Positions 49,767 to 62,310 are shown, counted from the first letter of the stretch. The stretch: 64,000 nucleotides of DNA from Selaginella moellendorffii (GCF_000143415.4 NW_003314275.1:248001-312000), one strand, 5' to 3'. Notes: generated from the sequence alone by a model not told the origin. A program made the numbers and translations.

Positions 49767-51951
49767 TCAGAGCCATGCGGGATTCTTGAGCGGCGTTACC
49801 ACTGCCTTGACTTGCGTGTAGTTGTGCAGCACGTACTCGCCCTTCTCTCGTCCTTGCCCGCTCATCTTATAGCCGCCAAAGGGAATCGCCGCATCAAACA
49901 CGTCGTAGCAATTGATCCACACAGATCCCACTCGCAGTGCACGGCTGAACGTGTTGGCCGTGTCGATGTCCTTTGTGAACACTCCCGCGGCCAAGCCATA
50001 CGGCGAGTTGTTCGCTCTCTCGATGGCTTCTTGCACGGTCCTGAAGCGCCCGACTTTTAGTTCGTGAAGCTACACTACTTCCTACGTTCATACCTGAACT
50101 TTGTCACGGCCTGGACGGGGCCAAAGATCTCGTCTCTCGATATCGCCATGTCGTCCTGATGATCATGGATGAGGGAGCGTCTAGCCAAGGACAGAAAATA
50201 AGCAGAGGCTCACCTTCACATCACTGAAGATTGTTGGCTGGATGTAGTATCCTTTGTTTCCGATACGAGCGCCGCCAGTGACCAGATTTGCTCCCTCATG
50301 TCTTCCTACGTCAATGTAGCTCAGGATCTTCTCAAACTGAGCTTTGTCAACCTGATAAAGAAGATACAAGCGAAAGTTAGAACTCGCTATCGAAACCAAA
50401 CAGACCTGAGGCCCTTGCTCCACCCCGCTCTTGAATGGATCGCCAACAACGCGCTTCAATGCACGAGCTTTCGCCTTCTCAATGTACTCGTCATAAATGC
50501 TCTCGTGAACGAACGTTCTTGATCCCGCACAGCAGCATTGTCCCTGAGTTGAAACTTGGAGCTAAAGCCTGTTTCGTATCAAGCAGAGGAAACTTACCTG
50601 GTTGAAGAACAAAGCAAAGTGAGAGAGCTCCACAGCTTGGTCAATATCCGCATCCGGCATGATGATGAAAGGAGACTTTCCGCCCAATTCCAAAGTAACT
50701 GGCTTCAAGTTGCTTCTAGCGGCTGCTTGCATTACGAGCTTGCCGGTCTCAGTAGAACCAGTGAAAGCAACCTTCACGCAAGAAAAACAGATTACTACGT
50801 ACCCTTCAAGCTTAACCAGCTCTCACCTTGTCTATGTCCATGTGGCTCGAGATTGCGGCACCTGCAGTTTCCCCAAAGCCCGAAACGACGTTAAGAACTC
50901 CCGGTGGTAAGCCAGCCTTTCAAGGAACAGCCATTGATATGAAGAAACAAAAAGAAGAGAATCTCCAAGAGCTCATGACGAGTACCTCGACTGCAAGTTT
51001 TGCTGCGAGACAGGCCGAGAGCGGTGTCTGTTCGGCGGTCTTGAGGACGATGGTATTGCCACAGGCGAGAGCAGGAGCCACTTTCCAGGCAAACATCACC
51101 ATGGGAAAGTTCCACGGAATGATCTGGCCGACTACACCGATTGGCTCGTGAAATGTAAGCACCTGATGTGGTCCGTCAGCCGGCAGTGTTTTACCATGGA
51201 TTTTATCCGCCCATCCTGTCAAGATCGAGAGTTTTAACCACCAAGCATTCATCGGGAAAAGCTTTCTCTACCTGCATAGTAGCGAAAGAGCCTCGTCACA
51301 AAGTGAGGAATCTCAACTCCTTGCGACTGCGAGTAAAGCTTTCCACTGTCCAAAGAATCCAGCGTTGCAAGCTCATCGTTGTGCTTCTCAAGGAGGTCGG
51401 CATACTTCAGCAAGATCTTCGATCTTTCCTACGATACGATGTCATAGTAAGGGAAAAAAGGTTCAAAGCCAACCATTCTCTGCAAACAAGGGAACGAGGA
51501 ACTTACATAAGCCGTCATTCTTGGCCAGGGACCGTGATCAAAAGCCTTGCGAGCAGCTTTCACAGCCCGATTGATATCTTCCACGTCCGCCTTGGCAACA
51601 TCGGCAAGGACTTCCTCGGTTCGAGGATCCACAGTCGGGAATGTCTCGCCTGGACAAGCTCCGATTGAGTCTCTTTGCAGAAAAGAAAAACAGAGAGGAA
51701 GACTTACCAGAGGCAGCGTCCACAAACTCCCCATCGATAAAGAGTTTAGAATGCTGGACTTCATACGATGGCTTCACGGGTGCTTCCACCGCAGCTACGG
51801 CAAAGCTCCGGATCGCGCCTCCTCGACCCAAATTCACATGCACAAAAGCTCTTTCCTCTAGGTTCCTCGAGTTACCTGATCTCGACGAGAGACGGCCGAG
51901 CGGGATGGATCCAAGGCGAGTGAAGCTGGAGACGATAGCGCGAGACGCCAT
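49767..51951 (-). CDS. ALDH2B: Mitochondrial aldehyde dehydrogenase family 2B, multi-exon
   Basis: Mitochondrial-type presequence, [51 protein letters not shown] and PFGGYKMSG. Confidence 0.96.
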
Positions 51952-52293
51952 AGCTGCCGAGGATGGGCTGCTAATAACCCCTACTCGCTACTGGATGGGA
52001 TAAACATACTTCATACGGGTCCAAAAATGCGGCCTTTATTATGGGCCGTTGGATGGCCTCGCCGTTCACGAGGGTGGACCACAGTTAGAATAAGACCGTG
52101 ATTTTGGGATCAAAGATCATTCAATTATAAATAGCTCAAACTATTAGATATTACATAGCAAGAAATAATCATCAAAGCTTAGTTGCATGTACTCCAAAAG
52201 GGCCATGGTACTTTGAGAATCGTCCGCCATCCTTACGTGGAAAGGTAACGCCGTGTATATAAGGGCAATGTTGGGGAAGGGTAAACCCTGGCA

Positions 52294-53356
52294 ATGGAGC
52301 TGAGGTTGAGGCCTGAGCAGCGGGAATGGTGCCGCCAAGCGTGTGTCCCTCTCAAGAACAAGGCAGCCCAGCAAGCCAAGAACGAATACCGTAAGCCTTT
52401 GGATTATAATGAGAACTCTTATCGATCGTTCTTCCTTTCCAGAGCGGCTCGTCACCGCCCATGCTAATGAAATGCTCCATGTTTCCACGAGTGATCACCC
52501 ATATTGCCGCAGCGCCACCAGGGTGGTGCTGCAAGGCAGCTCCGAGTTTGTCAACGCGAATTTCATCACTCCGAATGCCATCTGCGGGGGAGAACCAGAT
52601 TCACCCCTCCATTTCTGGGAGATGGTCGTGCAGTGCAAATGCCGAGCAGTCGTCAAGCTCACACAGGCACGTCCCAGTTTCATATCGTATAGTTTAAACT
52701 GAGAACTTTGCGCAGGACATGGCTAGCGAATACTTCCCACTGAGAACAGGAGAATCGCAGGTGTATGGTAGAATCACAGTAACGAACCGGGGCTTCTCGC
52801 GCAGCAGCAACGAAGTCACGAAACGAATCCTCGAAGTGGAATGCCAAGGCTATCAGCCTTTCACGCTTGAGCATTTCCAATACTCGTGGTCAGACTTTGG
52901 CGTCCCCAAAAGGATAGAACCGATTCAAGAGATGTTTGCTGCTCTCTACAGGCTCCCTTCAGACTGCTCCTTCTTTGTCCATTGCAGGTTGGACTTCTTC
53001 CTTCCTTTTGCTTTTTTCCTTTTTCTTACAAGAGTGACTTTTTGACAGGGCTGGGATTGGCCGTGCTGGAACCTTTATCACAATCGATCACGTACTGAGA
53101 TGCATTCTTGGTGGAAATCTTAGCGTGGTGAATATTTCCGAGACTGTGGCTCGTCTAAGAGAACAGCGGCGTGGATTGGTCGAGACACATGTAAGTTTGA
53201 CTTTGCTTTAGCAGCTCTTGTTTAAATTTCATGCTGGTGCAGGACCAATACTGGTTTTGTTTCAAAGCAGTCATCAAGGAACTCGAACTATTGATGTTCT
53301 CGGCGCAGCCCAAAAATCAAGAGTTTCATGCCAGCGCCAGGAAACTCGAAGTTTAG
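52294..53356 (+). CDS. Divergent classical protein tyrosine phosphatase (PTP1-like), multi-exon
   Basis: PTP1-like N-terminus, TRVVL..FVNANFI, FWEMVVQ, WSDFGVP, FVHCR|AGIGRAGT and QRRGLVET..QYWFCF. Confidence 0.82.
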
Positions 53357-53557
53357 CTATGAGAAAATCGTGTCTGGTTGGAGGCCAAAGAGTTTTCGGA
53401 TAACTTCGCGTTCTCGAGCATCTAGCTTTGTCTCCAGAAGACGATCCAATTCTTCTCGAGAATCATCAAAATGAGAACTTTTGTTAAGAACAGCTTGAAA
53501 GTAAGTTAAGCTTGCATCCCTTTCGAGCTAAATAAAGAGAGAGAAAGCAAAGTTGCA

Positions 53558-54811
53558 TCAGACCCATGCTTCAACCATGCTCCTGGTTTGGATTTTAAGC
53601 TCGCCGTCTCCAAACGCAGCACTTGGATCCCACCTCCAACTCTTAGAGCTTAATTCATAGCTCATCAGCAGCTTAGATACCCACACCGTATTAACCCCGT
53701 CGGTGCAGCATAGAAACCAGCCATCGCGATCGGCACGCTGTTGCTCCTGCATAGATAGCATCTCACTCTCGAGCACCAAGTCAACCTCCAGCGTCTCACT
53801 ATCCTGCACCACAGATCTGTGCCTGATCCCGCACACTTGCGTCCCCGCCCCGGATTTCCTCGTTCACAATCAGCAGCTGCCCTCCGCAGTGCACTGGCTT
53901 GGCTGTCTGCGAAGAAGCGGCGCCGCCATTAAGCCACCAGTACGACCACGAGTCCTCTTCGCACGCGGTAGCTGCTCAGTCGAACGAATACGACACGCCC
54001 CCGCCACCTTTCTCCCACGCAAAATATCGATCTACGCAGAGTTGAGGGATGCAGCTGCTTCTCGCGGCCCACGAGTCCTCTTCGCACGCGGTAGCTGCTC
54101 AGTCGAACGAATACGACACGCCCCCGCCACCTTTCTCCCACGCAAAATATCGATCTACGCAGAGTTGAGGGATGCAGCTGCTTCTCGCGGCCCACGAGTC
54201 GGTTGTGGAATCATAGATCCAGGCGGTGAGCTGAAGCAACCAGAGTGCAAGGAAAACCAAGCTTGAAAGCTTGGTTTTGAAATCATTTACGCAGGTTTCG
54301 ATGAGAGCATGGACTTGGGTGTAGCGACCCGACAGTGGATTGGCAACCAGGTAGCGTGAGCTGCAGCAGCCATACGAGAAGCAGAACAAGATCGGTCCAG
54401 GACGTGGAGCAACACAATACTCGAGGTTGTAGTCTTGCGGGCAGCAGCCATGGAGCGGGAGCAGCGAGAACTTGGTGCTCATGGGAGGCCCGTGCGCGAT
54501 CGCCAGCGGGGGCGTTCGGAGCTGATTAGAGGAGTCGCAGAGACAAATGCCAGAGTGGTGGTGACATGGTCGCGGTGCCTAGCGAGAAGCTCCGGGCTGC
54601 TCAGCCTGGCATTCCAGGCCCTCGACACCATCCTGGCGTTCATGAGCGAGGGCGCGGGCAGCCGGAGAAGAATGTCGTCCTCGAGGAAGGCCGGGAGGAG
54701 GCCATGAAACAGTAATGCCAGATGGAGCTCATCTTCCTCATGGTGGTGATCTCGGCTGTCGTCTCCATGGGGTGCTTGCAAGGAGGCAGCTCCTCCAGTG
54801 TTTGATCCCAT
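53558..54811 (-). pseudogene. F-box protein, disrupted
   Basis: F-box motif LPAFLEDDILLRLPAPSLMNARMVSRAWN and FBA/kelch-like YLVANPLSG and WIYDSTTDSW. The frame is broken at ~54480 and has in-frame stops. Confidence 0.75.
53946..54200. repeat. Perfect 123-bp tandem duplication
   Basis: The unit starts CCACGAGTC at 53946 and 54069, with a third CCACGAGTC at 54192. Confidence 0.95.
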
Positions 54812-54949
54812 ACCTGTTGCTCGCCCGCCACATCACATGACCACGCGCGCGCCTGCTCAAAGCTGCTGTCGCCCCGCTTCTTGGCCTCCTCCTCCTTCCC
54901 AATTCCTCAGCCATGGCACAAAATCGGATAGCCGATCGCATTGACTTGA

Positions 54950-56215
54950 CCTGTTTGTAATGGCTTGGTCTACCATCTGGATACCGAACGAGCACCAAGG
55001 CATAGCCCTTGGGGCTGAGCAGTCCTCGCTTATCTTGTCGCCGCTTCTATGGATCACTCTGGAATGCAGCAGCACAAACTTGCCATTGGCCAGCTCCACA
55101 ACTGCTTTGTGCCGTGGAAGGTCTTCTCCTCGGATGACCGCTGCGCCGCCACCAAAGGTGGATCAAATTGACACCATACTTTGGACCTTTGTTGGGATGC
55201 CTGAAAAAACAGATTGTTTTTTCTTGAAGTTTCTCTTTTCGTCAACTTACGGGTGGATTGAGATACGTAGTTGGAGGGGAACCACTCTACCATTGCCGAG
55301 TATGCGCGGTTCCTCTGGATCATCAAAAAGCCAACTTTGCTGCATAGCTTCTTCTTTGCAGACTTCGTTGGCAGCGCCTTGCAAGGCTCGTGCTCGTACA
55401 AATCCTCCAACATAAATCTGGAGAAGCCACGATAGAGATTCCGTGTCTCTAGATCCTCTTTGATGTCTCTTGTGATAGACGACACATCGCTTCCAAACAA
55501 GCACATGAGAGCTCTCCGGGCAGTCTCCGCATTCGAAGTTAGCAACGTTTTGACTGGATGCTCCAAATTGTGTTTGAAGATTGACAACTTTTCAACCATG
55601 TCGAAAAGTCATCCAGTCGATAGAAACTGATCAAGCCTGGATACAAATTATGTGCCATCTCTCGGAACATCTCTCCATAGGTGTCAACGGTTGCATCAGA
55701 GCCAACTACATCAAATAGCTGACAACTCCAAAAACCAAGTTGTACAAGGAATTGCATTTGAGAAAATCTTTCCCAGGTCGGAGAAGACATGACCGTCGGA
55801 AACTATGTTGTAGTGCACGCCCGGAGGATACACAGCCTCAACATGCTCCGCAATGATCTTCATGGAATGTATGGCTAGTTCTTCCGCTTTGTCCGGGAAC
55901 TTTCCTAGAGTTTTGTCCAGGTTGCACGACTTGACAGGGAAAGCTGCCAGGATGAACTCGAGAGAAATGTCACAGGAGATGTGGTACTCGACTTGATCTG
56001 AAAACTTTCCGAACCACTGGTCGTGTTTTGGAAAGTTGATGTAGTTTCGTTTGATGATTCCAACAACTTTGTTAGATCCTCCACCTCTTGACGAGTGTAC
56101 CTCATGAAAGGTTCCACAAGACAATCTCTTGTCTTTATGCTCTTGTCCAAGATAATTTATTTCGCCTCCCAAGCTGCTAGGACTCTTCCATTTTTGATAA
56201 ATTTCTTGTAAATGG
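54950..56215 (-). pseudogene. Isocyanide synthase (PvcA/Dit1, PF05141 family) homolog with introns, frameshifted
   Basis: FILAAFPVKS.N..KTLGKFPDKAEELA, YPPG...IVSDGHVFSDL, LYRGFSRFMLEDL, MIQRNRAYS, LRISIHPH...PKYGVNL and DGRPSHY. Introns at 55706-55772 (donor GA instead of GT) and 55201-55250. At least three frameshifts. Confidence 0.85.
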
Positions 56216-57029
56216 AGGAGTTTAATTCCGTCCCTTAGTTTAGTGTATAATTCTGAGAGTTTATTATAGTGTATAATACGGTCAAGTAAAATTTAATTTG
56301 GAATTTTCACTATACTTTACAAATTAAAATATATATTATAATTATTTTTTTGGAATTACCTCAAATTTCCCCTTTTCTTCCCTCCCTTGAGAGTGTTCTT
56401 TTTTCTTCAGCTTGATAAAAGAAGAAAAAAAAGAAAAAGTTGAATCATAAAGACATTCATTCTTTGTTGTTATGATTAGAATACTTTATATCAACTTAGC
56501 AAAAATACGAGAACTATTAATTAAATTACACATTGATCACTAAACAATAAATTGCTACGTGTTGCATGTAGCAACACTTGGTTTGCTTAATACTAGTGTT
56601 ATTATGACATATTAATCCAATTGATCAAATAAAGTTTATAATTATAAGCATGTTTGTAATTTATATATACAAGATTAATTTTATTGCATATCAAGATGGT
56701 AGAATAAAAAAGAATATACTAGAAAAGGTTTAAGGAAGTTTATAAATTATAAATACAAGATTAATCTAAATGAATAACAACCGTTAGATGGTAGAATATC
56801 CTAGAATATTCAAGTATATTCTAGGTATATCCACTACCATCCCAGTCCCCTATAGGTTTGCTTAAGCAAACCAAAAATAACAATTATATTTATAAATTAC
56901 CAATAGATAAATAAACATATAAATTTTATTCTAAGTATATTCTTAACTATTCAAAGAAGCTCTCACTTTGCTCCTCGGCAACTCTTTGCTTGCTGGTATA
57001 ATTCCACACCGGATTCATGTTCCTCTATT

Positions 57030-57490
57030 GTGGATTTTTGGATGGTGCCCCTATCCCGGCAATAGTCGGCACTTACTGTGTCTCGCCTTTTGGAAGTCTG
57101 AGCGACCACATTCCATCGCGCTTCACTGTTCGCCCAACTTCAAGCGGCCGAAACCATTCTTCTCTTTGAATCGCCTCAAAATCTGAGGTAATCCAAACGA
57201 ACATGAAACATAGAAGAGAAAAAGGAGCCCGTGATCAATCAATTTACCTTCAGTGCGAGATCACACTCGTTTTGGCGTTCCAATTCCTTGAAAACTTCCA
57301 AAGAACTTGCTTGAGCAATCGACCACCTGCTTAGCCTACCTGCGCTGGCACCCTCCTTGCTCAGAGGGCTCGTCACTGTCTCTCGCACAAGTGACTTCCT
57401 GCATCCCGAGCAATCAGCATATCCCTCCTTGTATCGTCCATCGCCCCGCAGCGCCACAGGCGACGAGGGCAACCGAACACAGCTAGAACC
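57030..57490 (-). pseudogene. Degenerate partial copy of the THA8-like gene
   Basis: LPSSPVALRGDG, RKSLVRETVTSPLSKEG and EVFKELERQNECDLALK match 59.5-60.05 kb, with deletions. Confidence 0.85.
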
Positions 57491-58180
57491 GTAAACCAAT
57501 GAATAAAAGTTGAAACTACAAACCATCGAGTCCAAGGGAAAGAATGGCAGTAGAGAGCATGCAAGAAGCACCAAAATCTTCATCCAAAATCACGATTCCT
57601 GAGCTCAACCCACTTTGATTTTGGATCTATGCATCTTGTAATGGTGCAGGCAATTCGAACAGGCATTTCCAGAGCAAATGTGTGTAACCAAGCTCAGGGT
57701 GAAGGCAGGTGAGGTCGTTTTTCTTCTTTCCCCCCTCTAGTTCCCACATTGGCAATGCATGCACTTGGATATAGCTGGAGAGTCAGTTGGAGGTGTATAA
57801 GTATCCAGAGAGGAGGAAGAAGATGTCTTCACACTCAAGACGTCTCTGATATTTGGAGCACGATTGATGAAATTTGAGTGATGCTAGGGCCTTTCAAAGA
57901 CTTCTCTCGCTTCTCTCAAATGCCGTTAGCATTGCGGTCCAAACAACGTTTAGTTTGAGCTTGCATTCTTACTCAAATCTTTTTATCTTTCCACGTAAAA
58001 TCAGGGATCAGCTTTCTTAAATTTCCAGTGTTTTGAGAGATCGGTTGTGCGCTACAACCAATGGTGGCGCTGGGTGACCACGGCAAGGTGTAATTAATTG
58101 CTTTCGTGATCAGAATAAACTTTCCCTTAAAAGGGAGCGAGAGTATTTATTTACTCTCCACTTAAGAATCTTAGGGTATT

Positions 58181-58663
58181 ATGAAAGGCTCGGGTTCTGG
58201 CAACGCTGGCTGCCAAGCTCCGCACACATGCTCGCTGGAGAAGCTTTGCAAATCAGGATTTATCAGCGTGAAGGCTAGGATGGGAGAAAAGATTGTCCGC
58301 TTCAGCGTGCATCACAGCAGTCTCAACTATGGTCTCCTCAGGACGGAGGTGAGCAGCAGGCTCCGCATGGCCAACTTCACCATCAGCTACTGCGACAAGG
58401 ATCAGGACTGGGTGAGTCTGACTAGAGACTCCGAATTGTGGGACTGCCTCTGTGTGGCAGATAAAAACTCCACTTGTGTTAAGTTGCGGATCGAGAATCC
58501 ACTGGTGCCGCCTGATGTAATACATGCAGCGCAACTCTTTGGGACTGGGGTCCTGCTTTGCGGCGGGCTTGCAGCAGCGGTGTGCTGCATATTTGAGCAC
58601 CCCATAACTGCTCTTCCTCTGTGTTGTTTGGGGGCGATTCTGTTAGGCTTTACTGAACCATAG
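58181..58663 (+). CDS. Small PB1-domain protein with C-terminal hydrophobic segments
   Basis: ISVKARMGEKIVRF...ISYCDKDQDWVSLTRDSELWDC (PB1 with K and OPCA motif), followed by two hydrophobic stretches. Confidence 0.72.
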   Translation: MKGSGSGNAGCQAPHTCSLEKLCKSGFISVKARMGEKIVRFSVHHSSLNYGLLRTEVSSRLRMANFTISYCDKDQDWVSLTRDSELWDCLCVADKNSTCVKLRIENPLVPPDVIHAAQLFGTGVLLCGGLAAAVCCIFEHPITALPLCCLGAILLGFTEP

Positions 58664-58980
58664 GTTTTTGGATTCTTATCGTTCTCTTTATTAAATTTAA
58701 TGGATATATTTATCTTTTACATGGCGACCACAACACCTTCAGTATCTTGCTGCTTCCAGCAGCTCCAATTGGTTTGCTCGGCCTTCTTCTCATATTCCAG
58801 GTCCGTGTTAGTTCTTTCTCTTAGCATTGCACTCAAGTAATTGAGCACGCCTCGGTCGGGGTAAGCGTGCAAGTAGCTACCTGGTAAGTACAGGATCGCG
58901 AGTGCTACCAAGATCTCCAGCTTTATCCCCATGATTGGGGCGATTTTTCCCAGATCGGCGCCTCCACCAAATAACCTGTT

Positions 58981-58984
<4 letters not shown>

Positions 58985-59016
<32 letters not shown>
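58985..59016. repeat. (TG)n microsatellite
   Basis: Directly visible. Confidence 0.95.
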
Positions 59017-59019
<3 letters not shown>

Positions 59020-59254
59020 TGTTTTTCTTTTTTCTCCTTTTTTTTTTGAGCTTGGTAATTCACCTGTAAAGAGGCTGAGGAGTTGGTCATTGCTGATGGT
59101 ACCCGGGAAAGATCACCACCTTTTGTGAGTATGTGCTCTAGATTGGAGCAATTAGAAAAGTTGCATTTAGTTGGCATGTGGCTGGATAAGAGCTTCTTGA
59201 ATACCTCTCAAACCATCAGTAGTAGTATTCATAAATTTTTTTAAGACAAGCAAT

Positions 59255-60043
59255 TTAAGTTCTACAAATCTTTGGGAAGGCTTGACCAAGATCTTCTTCC
59301 ACAGCAGCAGCAAGCTCAATCTTCCCACAACCTTGGAGCTCTCGAATGACGAGCCCGTATGTTTTCTCGTTGAGCTGCAACTTCATCCCCTTTGCTTGCT
59401 CGTACAGCTCCATGGCTGCCACCGGATTGCCGTGCTTGAGGTGAGCCACCATCAGTTCCCTGTGGAGAAAGAAATCCGGCTCCATTCCATCGCGCTTCAC
59501 TTGCTCGTAAACGTAGACCATGTCGTCCACTCGGTTGTTCTCCCACATCACTCCAAACATCCGGCGGTAGAGCCGAAAGTCGGGCTTGAACCATTCTTCT
59601 CTTCGAATCGCCTCGAAAATCTGTGCGGTGACCCATGAAACACCGAAGAGAATAAAAAAAGAGCGCGATCACTTTACCTTCAATGCGAGATCACACTCGT
59701 TTTGGCGCTCTAGTTCCTTCAAAACTTCCAAAAGATCTCGCTTGAGCAATCGACACACCTGTGTAGCGAAAACTCTCCGCAGCTCCTCCTGATCGTTCTT
59801 GGCGCCCTTGAGCGCTTGCACGACGGTAATGCCCTCCTTGCTCAGAGGGCTCCCGCTCGTCACCGTCTCTCGCACAAGTGACTTCCTGCCTCCCCGAGCA
59901 ATCAGCAAATCCCCCCTTTGGGCGATCTCAATTGCCACAAATGCAGACGACCGGAACCTCACCCCTATCGCGCAGCACTGCTCCGGCAGCTTTCCATCTC
60001 CTCGCAGCGCCACAGGCGACGAGGGCAATCCAACGCTTCCCAT
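59255..60043 (-). CDS. THA8/THA8-like short PPR protein, 2 exons
   Basis: LSKEGITVVQALK, RLLKRDLLEVLKELERQNECDLALK|IFEAIRREEWFKPD, followed by PPR-like repeats. Confidence 0.88.
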
Positions 60044-60314
60044 GAGCTAGAACCCTAGCGAATGTAAAATCGCATATCCTTTCAACGGTCTATCATTGAC
60101 GATTGTCAACGGTCAACACTTACTTTTGAGTCAAACACGTTGACCTTTGGAGGCGTCAAACCATCTAAAGCGAACGAATGGCAGCTAGAAACACTAGAAA
60201 AATCTCATTTTTATTAGATGGAGAGTAGAGAGCATGCAAGAAGCACCAAAATCCTCATGCAACATCGTCAGTTCCTCAAGCTCACCATTCTGGTTGTGGA
60301 TCTATAGCGATCGA

Positions 60315-61466
60315 TCAGTACTTGTAATCCTTGACGTGCAAGCTCTCCGACGCCCCCTCGGCGCTCTCGGTCTCGCCCGAGTACTTGCCCAGCGTCGCGT
60401 CCGAGTTGGCCTTGGCACGAACCAGGAAAACCTTCTGCGCCGCCTCCACATTCTCCTTCTTGCCACCCCACGTCTTGAGCGTGCTCTGCTGGAGCGCCCG
60501 CCCGAACGAGAAGGACAGCGTCCACGGCTTGAGGATGTCCAGCTTGTTCATCGCGTCCAGATTCTTGGTCGCCTCCACCTCGCTCTGGCCGCCGGACAAG
60601 AACATGATCCCGGGCACCGCCGCCGGGACCGTCCTCCGGAGCGCCAGCACCGTCGCCTCGGCAATCTCCTGCGCGCTCACCTTGGGCGCCTCGGATCCGT
60701 GCGTCACCATGTTGGGCTTGAGCAGCGTCCCCTCGAGCAGGACGTGGTGGTCGCTCAGCGCCTTGTACACCGCGGCCAGCACCACCTCCGTCACCTTGGC
60801 ACACGTCTTGAGGTCGTGGGGTCCGTCCACCAGGATCTCGGGCTCCACGATGGGGACGAGGCCGTTCTCCTGGCAGATCATGGCGTAGCGCGCCAGCCCC
60901 TGCGCGTTCTCCTGGATCCCCAGCTCCGACGGCTGCGAGGGTCCGATGTTTAGCACCGCCCTCCACTTGGCGAACCGGGCACCGGCCTTGTAGTACTCGG
61001 CGCAGCGTCCCGCGAGGCCGTCCAGCCCCTGGGTCGTGGTCTCACCATTGGTACCGGCGATGGGCACCGTCCCCTTGTCCACCTTGATGCCCGGGAGGAC
61101 GCCGTTCTCCAGCAGCACGTCCACGAACGGCTTGCCCGCCGCGGTCTTCTGGTAGAGCGTCTCCTCGAAGAGGATGACGCCGCTCAGGTACTGGAGAGCG
61201 CCCGGGGCGGTGAAGAGGAGCTCGCGCAGCGCCTGCCGGTTGGATTCCACATTCTCGACCTTGATGCTGGCCAGGCGCTTGCCGATTGTGCCCGTGCTCT
61301 CGTCCGCCGCGAGGATGCCCTTGCCCGGGGTCGCAATGTACTTGGCATTCTTGATGAGCTCGTCTGTGGGGAACCCAAATCGAGAGAGGGAGAGCTCAGA
61401 TCCACAGGCTTAACACTCGCGCTAGCTATGGCGCTTACCTGCGTACTTGCCGACGACGGCCGCCAT
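60315..61466 (-). CDS. FBA: Cytosolic class I fructose-bisphosphate aldolase, 2 exons
   Basis: GKYA|[54 protein letters not shown] and [10 protein letters not shown]. Intron at ~61366-61438. Confidence 0.97.
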
Positions 61467-61709
61467 AGCCTCGCGCTCGCCTTTTTGCCGGAGATAGTAA
61501 AATCCCTAGGCCTTATCCCCACAAAAAAGACAATGCATGAAAATCCAGGGTGCCAGCGCAGCCCTAAATAGGGCTTTCATGGAGTCCACGCTGGCAGAAG
61601 CGATGGTTAGTATTGATTTGGGGCTATTTCGATGACCAGTCCATGTGCATGGAATTAATTTACGCTTTTACATTGACAGGTAGAAGTGGACGTGTGGTTA
61701 AGCGACGTT

Positions 61710-62310
61710 TGAACTGTTTCTGTTTGATAGGGCACCAGCAAAATCCTTCGTCCTTCGTTTGTTTGTCACGCACCAGATGCCCATTGTCGGCATTTGGAGC
61801 AAACATATAATTCGCCACCATTTTGATGGCCTAAACCCTGTTATGAAGTGCTTTGCTGACTTAAAGATCATTCTCACTAATTAATTCGAGGAAGCCTATC
61901 TTCCAGAAGGCAATGGCCTCGCACCTTCCATCTTATACACTCGATAAACTGCGCTTTTAAAAAGGATAGGGTTTGTCGTTTCTTAATGGCTTTTGCTTTC
62001 ATCATCGACGTATGAACTGTTTCTTCATAGGTCACCGGCAAAATCCTTCGTTTTTTTGTCAGCATTTGGAGCAAACATATAATTCGCCACCCATTTTGAG
62101 CTTGATGACGGCCCAAAGAAGTATTGCTGACAGTTCTTTGCTGACTTAAGCTCGGTTTCACTAATTAATTCGACGAAGTTTATCTTCAAGAAGGCAAGGG
62201 CCGCGCACCTTCCACCCGATGAAACTGCACTTTTAAAAAGGATAGAGTTCGTCGTTTCTTGGGCCATGGATCATGCGATCACGCCCAGAGGCTTTGCTTT
62301 CTTCATCGTT
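61710..62310. repeat. Diverged ~300-bp tandem duplication upstream of aldolase
   Basis: Shared blocks GCAAAATCCTTCG, GCATTTGGAGCAAACATATAATTCGCCACC, CACTAATTAATTCGA and TTTTAAAAAGGATAG recur ~300 bp apart. Confidence 0.85.

Noticed and set aside
58717-58932. 71-aa ORF with hydrophobic N-terminus as a secreted peptide
   Set aside because: No recognisable motif or other support; it may be a gene fragment.
60234-60966. Long antisense and alternate-frame ORFs over aldolase
   Set aside because: By-product of extreme GC3 codon bias in a highly expressed gene. The same applies to antisense ORFs over HSF, TMT and the H1-like gene.
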